NCBI GenBank assembly: GCA_004764695.1
Contig: SMSO01000031.1
Location: 1,030,436-1,094,435, forward strand
DNA length: 64,000 nucleotides
Origin: Schizochytrium sp. TIO01
Taxonomy: Eukaryota > Protista > Bigyra: Labyrinthulomycetes
Direction: 5' to 3'
In this document: positions 36,738-48,116 of the stretch, in pieces
Layout of the letters: each line of letters starts with the position of its first letter
Numbering within the stretch: the stretch's first letter is position 1
Translations under genes and position numbers: made by a program
The notes under the pieces: generated by a model
The model's database searches: none
What the model was told of the DNA's origin: nothing
Seen by the model: the letters and a program-made list of their open reading frames with translations, nothing else

Positions 36738-37301
36738 ATCAGTGTGTCAGCTAACTAGCAATCTGCCTGATTGTGGTAAGTATTGTTTTTACTCATCGAT
36801 AACATTTCTGTGCAACGAAGTCTCTGCAGTAGGACGAAATGTTTGATTGCTGAAGTTTCCTGTCTGTAGACCGCGTAGAGGTGTTACATTGGCCTATATT
36901 GTGAGGTTAGGCTCAACGAAATACACAAAAAATGTTCTTCTCGATAACATAATGCATAAATAGTATCTGACCTTTTTTCTTGTAAAAGGCAAATAAACAA
37001 CCAATTAAAAATCAAACACATATTCCAATATTTGTTATTTAAAATACAGGGTTTTGTGCCTGATCAGACCTGACCATGGGCCTTACTCTAGAAAATGTTG
37101 CGACAGTTTCGTCTAACACTGAAATAACAAAAGATTCTCGCGCGTAGTCAACTTCTTAGAGCTTATTTGTCTGTTGCCAGAAAGGAGGGGAAATGACTTT
37201 ACATCTTATCTTGAATGCCTTGATAAAATAAAAAAAGTATTGCACCTCAGCGTAAAGCTGTGCTTCCTTTTTTACGTTAGATCGTTCCTAGCATGATAAG
37301 C

Positions 37302-38579
37302 TCAAAAGCAAAGTTCGACATCATCTTGCGTGCATTCTAAATCTTCTCCAAGAAGATGATCCATCAAGAATCGATAAGATACTGTGCTTTTACGAAGTGG
37401 AGCCACCATCGATGCCGAGGAGCTCTGGATACGAGAACAAATCCTTTCACGTAATCTAGTCGGAAGTTTGCCTAAACTTCTCACAAGAAAGCTCTGGATT
37501 GAAGGTGTACCTTTATTCTCTAGGGCGTCAATATTAACTGTCAGTCGCATTACTGTTTCTAAAATCCCAGTATTTGTGGAAGAGATTGACATATCGAGAG
37601 CAGCTGATACGAAGTCGGGGTCTCTTATTTTGATCTCTTTGCAGTTTTCCTCACGAGAGGTAATAAGAACACAGGCCCAAAGCGCACGCTGGAGAGCTCC
37701 ATTCGATGCAGCTTTAGCCTCACGATGCTTTGAGAGTACGAGATCATAAGCGTAGTCAATGGCAGGTCTGAGCAATGGTGCCATAATATCCCTTCGGCTT
37801 GCTGCTTGATGAAATGTCGTTGTAGAAAGCATGCAAATGTGACACAACTCAATGAAGTTATCAAATGAGCTTCGATGACGTAGGTTATCAAGTTGCAGCG
37901 GCGACCACCAAGGCTTCATAAGCTGAGCAGCCATATCCAGAATACCCCCACCTTGGGAACAGGAGCTGCATAGAATTCTTAGATGCTGTGCAAATAGCGC
38001 CATGCATTGTCGCATAGGTAATTCGTCATTGATACAATCACTTAAATAGTGGTGCTGATAACTGACATTTAGACTCTCTTTCGGTTTCTTTGTGTCTGCT
38101 TCACTTTTGCCTTCCACGATTTCGGTATCGACTTCTCCTTGAAGTGCACAAGACCCACCATTCTTCTCTTCAAATCTATGCTGAGCACCAAAAACCGTGC
38201 TCGCGTGGCCAAGTTCCAAAGTTAGACGAATAAGGGTAGCTGCACAAGGTTGAATAATTTCGTGATCAAACATGTCATAATCAACCTGGAGTTTTCGCAG
38301 GGCGCCCTTGATAAGCAACAACGCATCCTTTGTATTCTCGTGTGCAAGTTCAAGCACATCATCAGCTTTAATTGCTCTTCCATATCCGCGAATAAGTACA
38401 AGCAGTACAAGAATTTGTGTTTCACGGTCACTCGTAACAGCATCTAGCTGCTGAGAGTTTCTCTCTCCCTGCAGATGAGCTTCAAGTGTCTCCAGACCTT
38501 CTTCAAAGTCTGCCTTTCGCGACTTGCCAAGCAATGCTTGGCAAGTCGCTCCGATGTCTCCCAAACCCTTACTGTCCAT
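37302..38579 (-). CDS. Hypothetical alpha-helical protein (425 aa)
   Basis: Long ATG-initiated ORF with Leu-rich helical composition and no recognised motif. Confidence 0.75.
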   Translation of the reverse strand: MDSKGLGDIGATCQALLGKSRKADFEEGLETLEAHLQGERNSQQLDAVTSDRETQILVLLVLIRGYGRAIKADDVLELAHENTKDALLLIKGALRKLQVDYDMFDHEIIQPCAATLIRLTLELGHASTVFGAQHRFEEKNGGSCALQGEVDTEIVEGKSEADTKKPKESLNVSYQHHYLSDCINDELPMRQCMALFAQHLRILCSSCSQGGGILDMAAQLMKPWWSPLQLDNLRHRSSFDNFIELCHICMLSTTTFHQAASRRDIMAPLLRPAIDYAYDLVLSKHREAKAASNGALQRALWACVLITSREENCKEIKIRDPDFVSAALDMSISSTNTGILETVMRLTVNIDALENKGTPSIQSFLVRSLGKLPTRLRERICSRIQSSSASMVAPLRKSTVSYRFLMDHLLGEDLECTQDDVELCF

Positions 38580-39363
38580 CTTCTGCTGTATGGAACTTGA
38601 ACCGGCAATCGGGGTTTGTCGATTTGCGGACGCATCCCTACGTAAAAGTCGTCACTAGAAACTATCCTAAACACATAAAAACCCATACACATAATTGCTG
38701 TCTTTTTTCTGTGCTGTGGTCTACTGAGAGTACCGAGGGAGAGGAACACCCACCCAATTGCTCACCTCACCTAATTCACGTATCAGCATTTTCTATTAAT
38801 CTACCACGCTTAGCATGGTTTCTCCGTGAGCTTCCCAATGACAGATCAATTAAGAGTACACCCCTCTCGTGCCTGGCCATTCGCTCGTATTACTTCCACT
38901 TAGCACTGCCCCCCTAACCTGACTTAATTCAGGCAAAGTCATCGTCCCTTCCTGATGTTAGAGTATCAACGCCAAGGTTACCGGATCTATTATTTTGTCC
39001 ATTGAGTTGCAAGAGTTCAATGGAAAATAACGATCAGTACATACCAGAGCAAAATTTCATAGCCATCCTCATAGTACCATGTAATCAGAAGTGGAGTGCG
39101 TAAATAGAAGTTCTGGTTCTGGATTTTGTCCTACATATATTTTATTTGCTATAGATTTCTGAGGAGGACGGTTAGCTGAAACGTAATAAACAAAACAAGC
39201 AAAGTGTAAATGGGTTGGTTGCCTGCGGTGCTTCATTGCAATAATCAGCTGTGCCCAACGCATCAAGCCCGCTGCGATTTTATCGCGAAACTGAGCGTGA
39301 GGGTAACCCATAGTGTATGATCAATCGCTTATTCGGATCATATCAGGTAAAGGTTGTACAAGA

Positions 39364-40900
39364 ATGACTACTTCGTCGCGTGCTGAGAGCAGCGACAAGG
39401 ACGATGCCACAAAAGTCCCAAAGGTACAGCTGAAAGAACAGCAACAACAGCAAGGGAAAGATGATTCTGAATGGCGCAAGAAGCTCAAAATGAAGAGCGC
39501 CACGCCATTGAAGCTTGGCCTATGTCTTGACCCCAAAACTGTTGACGACTGTACAGACTTGTCCAGTAAAAAGGGACGCATGTGGCGAATCATGCGCTCA
39601 AAACAAATGCAGCAGGCTTATCATCGTGATCCGCAAAAGTTTGAAGCTTGGAGGGATCGTATTGAACACTTTTGTACGTGGTAAATAACTCATATGCATT
39701 CATTTGCACGCAAAATCAGAAAAGCAAAGAACTAACATTCAATTTAACTGCTTATAAACACATGATACAGACAAACGTGCTACCTGGGGCGCAACACCAG
39801 AAGTATCCGAGGAGAGTATATCTCGTGTAAAATCTGCCAAACGTCCTGCTTTTAAAAACGCTGAAGAAGGAGCTTCGCTCCCCTCCAAGACATTATGGCA
39901 TTATTATTACCATGGTGGGAAAACTCGTGCAGAACGGCGTTCTGATGCCATCCGACGAATTGCAATCATGCGTGAAGAGCAGGCCCATGAGCTTGAAGAG
40001 CGTCGAGAGAAACACAAAGAACGGCTCGCCAAATTTGCTAAGCGAGGCCTTGACAGACGCGAGGAACGGGCTCGTCGTCGTAAGGAGCAGCAACAGATTC
40101 GGCTACCAACTTTAACTCCTGAGCTTCTTGCAGAAAAAGCGGCTCTAGAAGAGCAAGCATTATTGGAAAAGGAAGCTAAAAATGAAGCGGCTATTCAAAT
40201 TCAAGCAATTCTTCGTGGTGGTATTGCCAGGGCACAGACACGTCGCATGGAAGCGCTAGCTTCTGAGTCAGTGAACATCCCATCGATTGAAACTGTGATT
40301 TCTACGGCGGGGGACATGGAAGTTAACGATCATGTTCAAGAAGCTAGTAAAGCAGACAACTTAAGCCAGGAGTCTGTAGGGAAAGAAGAAGATGTTACAG
40401 AAACCGCAAAGGGTAATGAAAATAACACTGATGGCCAGCTAGATGCTACAGATGAAGTTGCTACAGATGCAGTTGCTACAGATGCAGTTGCTACAGATGA
40501 AGTTGCTACAAATATGGCAGAAGTTACAGAAGATTCTTCAATCAATATCGCGAGCAACGCATCTGAAAATGCAATTGACCTAGAACCAACCGTGGCATCA
40601 TCAAGTCATATAGATAATGAGTTGATCAGCTCTGAAGGAAACCTTGATGCACCTCCAAAATCAACACAGAAAGATGCACAGGCGCACAATGAAGCCGTGA
40701 TCTTACTTCCCAGTACTGATGAGATACAAGCAGTAGAGCATAAGCTCGAATTGCAAGAAACCCAGGAACCAAAGCAAAGAGCTCCTCCACCCTCTGGAAA
40801 GGGGCCCTCGCCTCCTCGCCCTGTACCCCCTGCTCCCAAAGGATCTGCCCCCGGACCACCACCCTCCATCCCGCCCCCTCCTAGTAGCCGAAGGAGATGA
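39364..40900 (+). CDS. IQ-motif, coiled-coil, acidic/Pro-rich protein; exons 39364-39673 and 39771-40900
   Basis: The intron T|GTACGT...ACTAAC...ATACAG|AC (39674-39770) joins the two track ORFs in frame (IEHF-Y-KRATW). IQ motif AAIQIQAILRGGIAR; poly-Pro tail. Confidence 0.78.
40441..40510 (+). repeat. 15-bp coding minisatellite (GTTGCTACAGATGMA; ATDEV/ATDAV repeats)
   Basis: About 4.5 tandem copies visible in the sequence. Confidence 0.85.
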
Positions 40901-41491
40901 GAGGAAAATATTCCAACATTGATTGAGCTGCAATAATATGGAATTGAGACAGCTCATAAAAGGGTGGAAGCGTTTGAGAAATCCCACTTACCTATTGAGA
41001 GTGGGAGTTGAAAGATTTTGTTTTCTGTCATCTTTATGTTTCATTACGATAGCCACCAAAATTGTTGTAATTCATAAGTTTTAGAAATATGTAATATTAA
41101 TTATTTCTGTTTTTCGATTGGTAAAATTCACTCATTCATATTTTAGAAAAGGTAATTGATTGTCTGCCTTCTACTACACATCTGACTTGATTAGTCTGAA
41201 AATTTCCGTGTGAAGGTAAGGATGAAGTATAAAGAAGAAAATGTGGTCTGGAAGTACAAAAGGATAAATCTTTTTTGTAAATATCTTACGCGAGAAAGGA
41301 ATAATAATAGAAACACTGTGCATTGGCGCGAGCAATAGACAACCATCAAGAAGAAAAAAAAATGAAGGAAAATTTGGAGACTTGGTAAGGAGTGCGTGCT
41401 TCTGGTTTACGCATGCACTTTTTTGAGCCGCTGCACCCAACGGAACCCATTTCAACCAAGTTTGGATCAGGATTTGTGACAACACAAGTTT

Positions 41492-42916
41492 TTACCTGGT
41501 GGTTGCAGATGCGGGACTAGCTTCAGCATGGTCATAAGACTCGGCATGGAAATTGGTCCAGGGGCCTGAACCCTTGCTGTAAAAGTCTTGCGGGTAAATT
41601 TCACGCCACTCAGCTTCATCGAATGCTACAAAGGTTTCATAAGGAGTCAGGAGAGGCTTAGTAAAAGCAGTCCCCCAGTCGATAGAGAGGCGCGGGCAAG
41701 CAATCTGCACCCAGGCATCAATTGATGATTCGAGAAGTGCAAGTTTGGCAGGAAAGACCTCGGACATCAAAAGTACAAAGTACTCGCGGTTATTCCTCTT
41801 CAATAATGTTTCGATCCGGCGGAGAATAGCAGGGTTGCCTTGACGACCAAGCGTGCCAAGGACGACGCCCCATCGCTTTGCAGGTTTTGCCTTGTCAATC
41901 TCTCCACGGCGCACCTGGCGCATGTGAGGCGTGTCATATGCCTCCTCCGTCAGCACACGATCGTACGGGTTATAGCGGTACGCCGGGAGCGTTGGGTTTG
42001 CAATCATTGCAGATTCAAGGTGGAAGCGTCCATCAGCCACGAAGAACAGTGCATCAACATCTTCTCCAGCAAGGGACGGGGATGTGCAGCCAAGAACCTC
42101 ACCCTTTGAAAGTGGTTTTGCCTGAGGCACATGGCTTCCACGGACATAGAACTCATCCAAAAGGAGCTTTGCACGGTGCATCGCGGCTGCAAACTGAATT
42201 GTTCCCATGAGTGCCAGACGAGTATTTTCGCGATCCGGGTAAGTGAGTTTAATGCACTCTACCATATGCTCCACATCAATGTCAATGTCCACAAAAACAT
42301 ACATGACCTGAAGTTTCTCGCCAAACTCGTTCTCACGGGCCGTAACATCAATTGGAACCAGACAGGAGTGACCGTAGTGCACCATAAAATCGCAGCCGAG
42401 TGCCCTTGCTGAGTAGTCATCAATGCAGCATGCGCCATAGGTGACATCAGCCATCACCAAGGTCTCCTCAACACCAGCGCACTGCTCGAAAATATCTGCG
42501 AGAATGCAGGCAAATATCAACAAGCCCTCAGGTAGCTGCAGAGCTACACGCTTAGCTCCAGATTTCTTTAAGCGCCACACAGTCTTGGCTACCTGAAAGT
42601 TATAGTTCGAAGGCAGCTGAGACATGGCATGCTTGAGCTCTGGATCGTTCGCGATCTCATCAGGAACCTGCGTTAAGGCAAGGCTCCTAGACTTGGAAGC
42701 TCCAGTACGAGCCCTCCGAGCAAGTTCCACGGAGGATTTTGAAGCAGAGTCTACCTTGGAATCGCCATCTCCATCGCCATCAGCATTAACCTTGCGCCGC
42801 CGACCAACGAATCGGCGAGGCCTTGGAGCCGCCTTGAGTTCACCAGACGTGGATGATTCACTCACAGGAGCAGCAGGTGCAGTTGCAGGTGAGGCTTCGG
42901 CGGGAGAGGTCTCCAT
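41492..42916 (-). CDS. DPH1: Diphthamide biosynthesis protein 1 (2-(3-amino-3-carboxypropyl)histidine synthase subunit 1)
   Basis: LPSNYNFQVAKTVW, VALQLPEGL, DVTYGACCIDD, HYGHSCL, GEVLGCTSP, DGRFHLES, GTLGRQG, QIACPRLSIDWG. First ATG is at 42916. Confidence 0.96.
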   Translation of the reverse strand: METSPAEASPATAPAAPVSESSTSGELKAAPRPRRFVGRRRKVNADGDGDGDSKVDSASKSSVELARRARTGASKSRSLALTQVPDEIANDPELKHAMSQLPSNYNFQVAKTVWRLKKSGAKRVALQLPEGLLIFACILADIFEQCAGVEETLVMADVTYGACCIDDYSARALGCDFMVHYGHSCLVPIDVTARENEFGEKLQVMYVFVDIDIDVEHMVECIKLTYPDRENTRLALMGTIQFAAAMHRAKLLLDEFYVRGSHVPQAKPLSKGEVLGCTSPSLAGEDVDALFFVADGRFHLESAMIANPTLPAYRYNPYDRVLTEEAYDTPHMRQVRRGEIDKAKPAKRWGVVLGTLGRQGNPAILRRIETLLKRNNREYFVLLMSEVFPAKLALLESSIDAWVQIACPRLSIDWGTAFTKPLLTPYETFVAFDEAEWREIYPQDFYSKGSGPWTNFHAESYDHAEASPASATTR

Positions 42917-44121
42917 TGAGACCGAGATATGTCGCTCCAACGGGGTTCTCGCGTGCCAATGATTTTCAGAATTGTTGAATTGAGCAAACTGAGAAACAAA
43001 CAAAATGAATGAATAAATGAGTGAATGAATGAATGAATGACAATCGTAGAGATGTTCTAGACGTTCTAAAAGTGCTGGCCGTTCTACCTTAGAATTTTGA
43101 TAACTTTGAAATTATCAAACGATTTTGAACAAAGCGCAGTCGATGAAGATTTCCACCTACCCAGAATTAGTCACAAGATAAAGCGTAGATCACTTTGAGA
43201 TATTTTGCTTTTAAAGTCATGACCATAGAAGAGAAAAAACAATCAAATTGGTTGAGACAGTTCCCATAGGAACTAGAGGGATCTTGAAGGGATGAAGGAA
43301 GGAGATATACGTGAGAAGAATACTGTTCACTTACAATTTATCAGGAATGTTTGTGAGCGTTATTGAACTTAGGTGAGCTGAAGGAATGCATGGATTTGTG
43401 TTGCATAAATGATACCAAAATGTGGTGGCATTACTCCAACAGCATCCTCGTTGCAACATTCCTGGGGTTTTCATTTCTGTCTCAACTTGCGTCTTTCTTG
43501 TTCTCACCCCTCTCTACTTTTTACAATTCCTATCGTAGATTGACCTCAAATTGGGCACCTAGAAAGCCACACGCGTCTTGAATTCCAATTTTTCCCTCCA
43601 CTTGATTTAAGCCTTCTAGGTAGCCTTTCGTCATCAATTCTTGATTTTCGATTCCATCTATTGACCTGAGTTGATCCATCACCTTGTCCTCCGAGTTACT
43701 TCTTGCCCAATCTACGTAAACCTCTCCCAGAGTCCAGCTCCAGATCCCAGACCCGAGTTTGACTCAGTGCCTTGGTACAGGATATCCTTGAATACTATCC
43801 TTAACTCATGATATCCTCGTCTACCGCGGCAAGGCTGCTGCAGCGCGGTTTGGGCAACCAATAATAAGAGGGAAACTCCTACAGAAAGCAGTATGTTGAC
43901 CCTACACAACTTCCCTAACTAACTTGGCTTCATATTCTTCTTATGTTTTGAATGCGAAATTGATATTGACAACCAAACTCGTGCTCGCAAACCCTGAGTT
44001 CGGCAGACGCAAGAACGGCCTTGAGCGCTTTGGGCTCAGGATCTGACGACATCGAGTTCTGCAGGCTTTGCGGCCCGTTTGGAGACTGTGGTTGGAGTTT
44101 CCAGTTGGTGAGAGGGGTGAA

Positions 44122-45150
44122 ATGAAGAGGTCTCGTGCCCAACGCGATGACAGCAGCAGTGCTAGTGGGCACCATGGCGGCGTTGTAGAGGACAGCGAAG
44201 ATGGTGTAGACGACGGTGATCCTGGAGACATGGAGAGTGGAAATGGCATGAATGTCATGGTAGTACCCTCAGGTGCCGCGCCCACACAGACGACAGTAAT
44301 GTCAGCGCAGAAAAATCGTCGCTCGAGTAAAATTAAGGATAATGTTTGCGGCACATGTGGCAAAGCATTCCGACACGCGAATGAACTGCGATTGCATCGT
44401 GAGGTTGTGCACAATGGCATGAGATTTACGTGTAAGGTCTGCGGGAAGTCGTTTACACGACAATTTCACCTTGATACCCATGTTCGAACCACGCACGAAG
44501 GTCAGAGGTTTGCGTGCGAGATTTGCAAGCGCGTTTTCACCCGCAAGAGCGATGTGAATCGCCATGTTCGTAGCATGCACGACCCCGTCACATTTCAGTG
44601 TCCCTATGATGACTGCAGTATGGAATTCCACAATCGACGTATCTTGCGTGCCCATGTGGACAAGAAACACCACGGTCGTAAGTTCTCTTGTGCTGACTGC
44701 AATAAGCGTTTTGCCTATAAGGGCACTCTCACGGATCATATGAAATGGGCACATAAGGGCGTCTATCCTTGCCAGCATTGCAACGAGAAGTTCCCTCTTC
44801 GTGGTGTCCTGGATGCACATGTCAAGAGCAACCATCCGGCAGTACGCTTCCAGTGTTCAGTTTGTCCAAAGAGCTTTCTCACGGACGAACTATTGCAGAA
44901 CCATGTTCACGCTGTGCATTTTCGAAAGGTTGACTGTGCAATCTGTAACGTTACTTTTGCAGAAGAAACATCTCTCGTACAACACATGAACACTGTACAC
45001 CGCGGCCCACGGGAAGATGCCCCTGGTGATGGCACCATCATTGAACCTCAGAGTGTTCCAGCGACTGCGATGGCCCCTGTAAATGCAAACGGAGGTTCTA
45101 TCTCCGAGGATGCCGTAATTGGTCTACCGAAGGAATTTGTTGATGAATAA
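44122..45150 (+). CDS. C2H2 zinc-finger protein with 8 tandem fingers
   Basis: Eight CxxC(xx)..F.....L..HxxxxH units counted. First ATG is at 44122. Confidence 0.92.
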   Translation: MKRSRAQRDDSSSASGHHGGVVEDSEDGVDDGDPGDMESGNGMNVMVVPSGAAPTQTTVMSAQKNRRSSKIKDNVCGTCGKAFRHANELRLHREVVHNGMRFTCKVCGKSFTRQFHLDTHVRTTHEGQRFACEICKRVFTRKSDVNRHVRSMHDPVTFQCPYDDCSMEFHNRRILRAHVDKKHHGRKFSCADCNKRFAYKGTLTDHMKWAHKGVYPCQHCNEKFPLRGVLDAHVKSNHPAVRFQCSVCPKSFLTDELLQNHVHAVHFRKVDCAICNVTFAEETSLVQHMNTVHRGPREDAPGDGTIIEPQSVPATAMAPVNANGGSISEDAVIGLPKEFVDE

Positions 45151-46509
45151 GGCAAGTCCACTGCTGTTGCTGTCGTTTCCTTTAGGCTTGCTTTAGATGT
45201 TCATCTTCTTTATGTCTATGCCAGCACGTCCGATTCGGACTCATTAAGTGCTTCGTCTTCCCATTCTGCGACCTGATCTGCCAAAGCGTAGAGTCCAAGC
45301 TACGTCCCTAACATATTCCATGCGGAGCTCTTCTCTGCAAGTTAAATTTCATCCTGGATATGCACAAACAAAACAAAATGTTGATGAATGATATGAAATT
45401 CACATAAGTATCGGAAAAATATATATCATAAATGAGTAATTAAGTTGAAACACTAAAACTTTGCAGCAGTATGAGAGTGATTGCAACATATACTTCTTAT
45501 AACTTACAATTTATTGGACCAACCTTAGGATGATCAGTTTTCAACTGCACCAATCAGAATTGTGCCAGCACTGGTGTTTTCCATCGCAATGCAACTAGTA
45601 TGTTCTTCGTCAAGGGTTTTATAAACTTTCACTTATTGCAAAATATAGCTTTTTGGGAGGCTTGTGCACACATGGCTGCGATTAGTCCTTTGGGGAAACA
45701 AGGAAACAACATAGGAATAAAATAGCTGAACCATGGGGATTTAGACACTCAGGTATATTAATTTAGGCTTTAATCCTTTCAAAGAATAGCAGTGTATCTT
45801 TAGAAGAAGAGAAGGAAGATGCAAAGTTCTCTCGAAATTTCTCGCTCAAATCTAGTCTAGAGAGCATCTCTAGATTATTCTTAATTAAAAAAAACTAAGA
45901 CAAGTTAATCTCTGTTAGCAATAGTTATTGAGAAAGCTAAGTTTTTGCGGGTTACAGAGAAACCCAGCACTATTCTATATTCAGATAAATGTCAAAGGTG
46001 CCTGTAACCCTTTCATCATCTCTTTCTGCTGTCTAAGAGTCTTGTTCTAGGACTATAATGTTCATGGCAGTATGTATTATGATTGTGAAGGCCACGCCTT
46101 GCACCAAGGAAGGGAAACACGGCGCCCTAGTGGTAAGCTTAACTTCTTGTCCTTTTTGTACACTTACTGCTCAAAGATATGTTCGAATCCAACTTCAACC
46201 TTTTGGGGGTGCCCGTCTCTTTTACTTTTTTAAAATTAATTATTTTCTCTCATGTAATAATTGCCGTTCAGGTCAACAACTTTCGTAGGAATCAATCAGA
46301 AGTACCAATTGACTGCCTCTTCGGCCCTTCAGACCTGCTCTGAGATCCGCCGCACTTGTTCACGCAGTGACCAGCGGCATTCGCGGGGGTGTAACTCTAC
46401 GAAGAGGTCCTGTTTTGTTGGTCATAGCCTTCGTTGGTGTTAATTTACGTTTGCAACCCAACTACAATTGTTTGTGCAGCATCGTTTTTGCCCTTGAGGC
46501 GCGGCGGCC

Positions 46510-48081
46510 ATGAAGGCTGTCCGTAGAGCGCGGCAGCGTAAGCTAGAGGAGCACAAGTCCATTTTGGAGAGTCTTGACGGTGCTCACACAGGTCAAAAGC
46601 TAGTATCCTGGCAGTTTCTTGGCTTATGCTCGTGCGTGTGGATTCATGCGGACGACGACGAAGGCCTTTTTGACCCTGCTAAAACAAAGGCTCTCCAAGA
46701 GGAGACCAAGGATGAAAACTATCGCGTGGATACTGCAAAACTTAATCTCGGAAAATTGCTTGGTCAAGGTGGCAATGGTTGTGTATATGTGGGGTCATAC
46801 TATGGCTATCCTGTAGCTGTGAAAGAAATGCTTAGCGATGTAGGATTTGCATCTGACACACCAAGTGCTGAAGAGGAGCATGGCGCTACATTTGAGGAGA
46901 GAGAGAGAGCTCGTGACGCTCGAGTCAATGAGGAGTTCACACGTGAGTTTAATAATCTGCGGAAATTGAGGCATCCAAATGTGGTGGACATGTACGGCAC
47001 GGCGATTATTGAACAGGACGAGACACACAGCTTCCGTCGACTGCTAGTCATGGAGCTTTGTGCATGTAGTATGCGTGACGTTTTGAGGGATACAAATGCG
47101 ATTGTACCCATGGGTACCGCGCTCACATGGGCGAAGCAGGTTGCTGCGGGCTTACTATCAGTGCACATGCATGGCCTAATTCATTTTGATATCAAACCCG
47201 CGAATATCCTCATTGACATGGGTGGCAGAGCAAAGGTAGCAGATCTTGGAATTGCTCGCCAGACGAAACTTAAAACACCATCATCTCTCACCTTTCATAG
47301 CGACCTGCGTATCGGTACTCCTAGTTATATGGCCCCGGAACTGCTCCGAGGTGATGTAGAGCGTATATCAAACCGTGTGGATGTCTATTCTTTCGGAATT
47401 CTCTTATGGGAGGTTATCCATCGCGACCGGCCACACCCAGACTGGAGCCTTCCAGAACTTTTCCGCGAAGTAGCAAGTCGTGGATGGCGGCCATCTATTG
47501 AGCCGGACGTTCCGCAAGGCTTTCGTCAACTTCTCGAGAAATGTTGGCATGAATCGCCTAACGAGCGTCCTACAACGGAACGGCTTCTTGAAGCACTTGA
47601 AGTGCTTGTACCTGAGCAGTTCCCACAACTCGCATCTGTCCAGGAGCCTGTCAACGCTGAGAATTTTTACATCTGGGACCCGGAAGCTAAAACATTCTTA
47701 GGCGATGCATTATTTAGTGCACAGCAACCCAATGGTTTACTGGAGATTGAATTTGAGGATGGCCAACCTGGGCTTTGTGACATTGATGGTAGAAACATTG
47801 TTCTTGCCAGAGAACTAGACGACGATTTTTTCACGAGCAACCAGAACCAAATGGAGGAAGACTCAATGGTTGAAGTTACAGCACCAACTACAGATCTTGA
47901 AATTGACATGGCCATTGATGCTAATGTCCATGAAACACATCATGAACTTCTTGAAGTTCCGATTGGGGGAAGCAAAATCATTGCTGATGACGATGAAGGC
48001 AATATTATTAATGGAGATGGCGCAGAGTCAGACGCCTCTGTTGAGCATGCTTCCTCGAAGTATGCTTTAGTTAACATGTAA
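46510..48081 (+). CDS. TKL-group Ser/Thr protein kinase
   Basis: LGQGGNGCV, VAVK, LRHPNVV, HFDIKPANIL, ADLG, GTPSYMAPE, DVYSFGILLWE, CW...P..RP; acidic C-terminal tail. Confidence 0.93.
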   Translation: MKAVRRARQRKLEEHKSILESLDGAHTGQKLVSWQFLGLCSCVWIHADDDEGLFDPAKTKALQEETKDENYRVDTAKLNLGKLLGQGGNGCVYVGSYYGYPVAVKEMLSDVGFASDTPSAEEEHGATFEERERARDARVNEEFTREFNNLRKLRHPNVVDMYGTAIIEQDETHSFRRLLVMELCACSMRDVLRDTNAIVPMGTALTWAKQVAAGLLSVHMHGLIHFDIKPANILIDMGGRAKVADLGIARQTKLKTPSSLTFHSDLRIGTPSYMAPELLRGDVERISNRVDVYSFGILLWEVIHRDRPHPDWSLPELFREVASRGWRPSIEPDVPQGFRQLLEKCWHESPNERPTTERLLEALEVLVPEQFPQLASVQEPVNAENFYIWDPEAKTFLGDALFSAQQPNGLLEIEFEDGQPGLCDIDGRNIVLARELDDDFFTSNQNQMEEDSMVEVTAPTTDLEIDMAIDANVHETHHELLEVPIGGSKIIADDDEGNIINGDGAESDASVEHASSKYALVNM

Positions 48082-48116
48082 CATAGAATAACAATAGTCT
48101 CCTGTATCTTCTTGAA

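Noticed and set aside
46120-46200. tRNA-like A box (TAGTGGTAAG) and B box (GTTCGAATCC)
   Set aside because: The T-stem and acceptor stem do not pair; no cloverleaf can be drawn.
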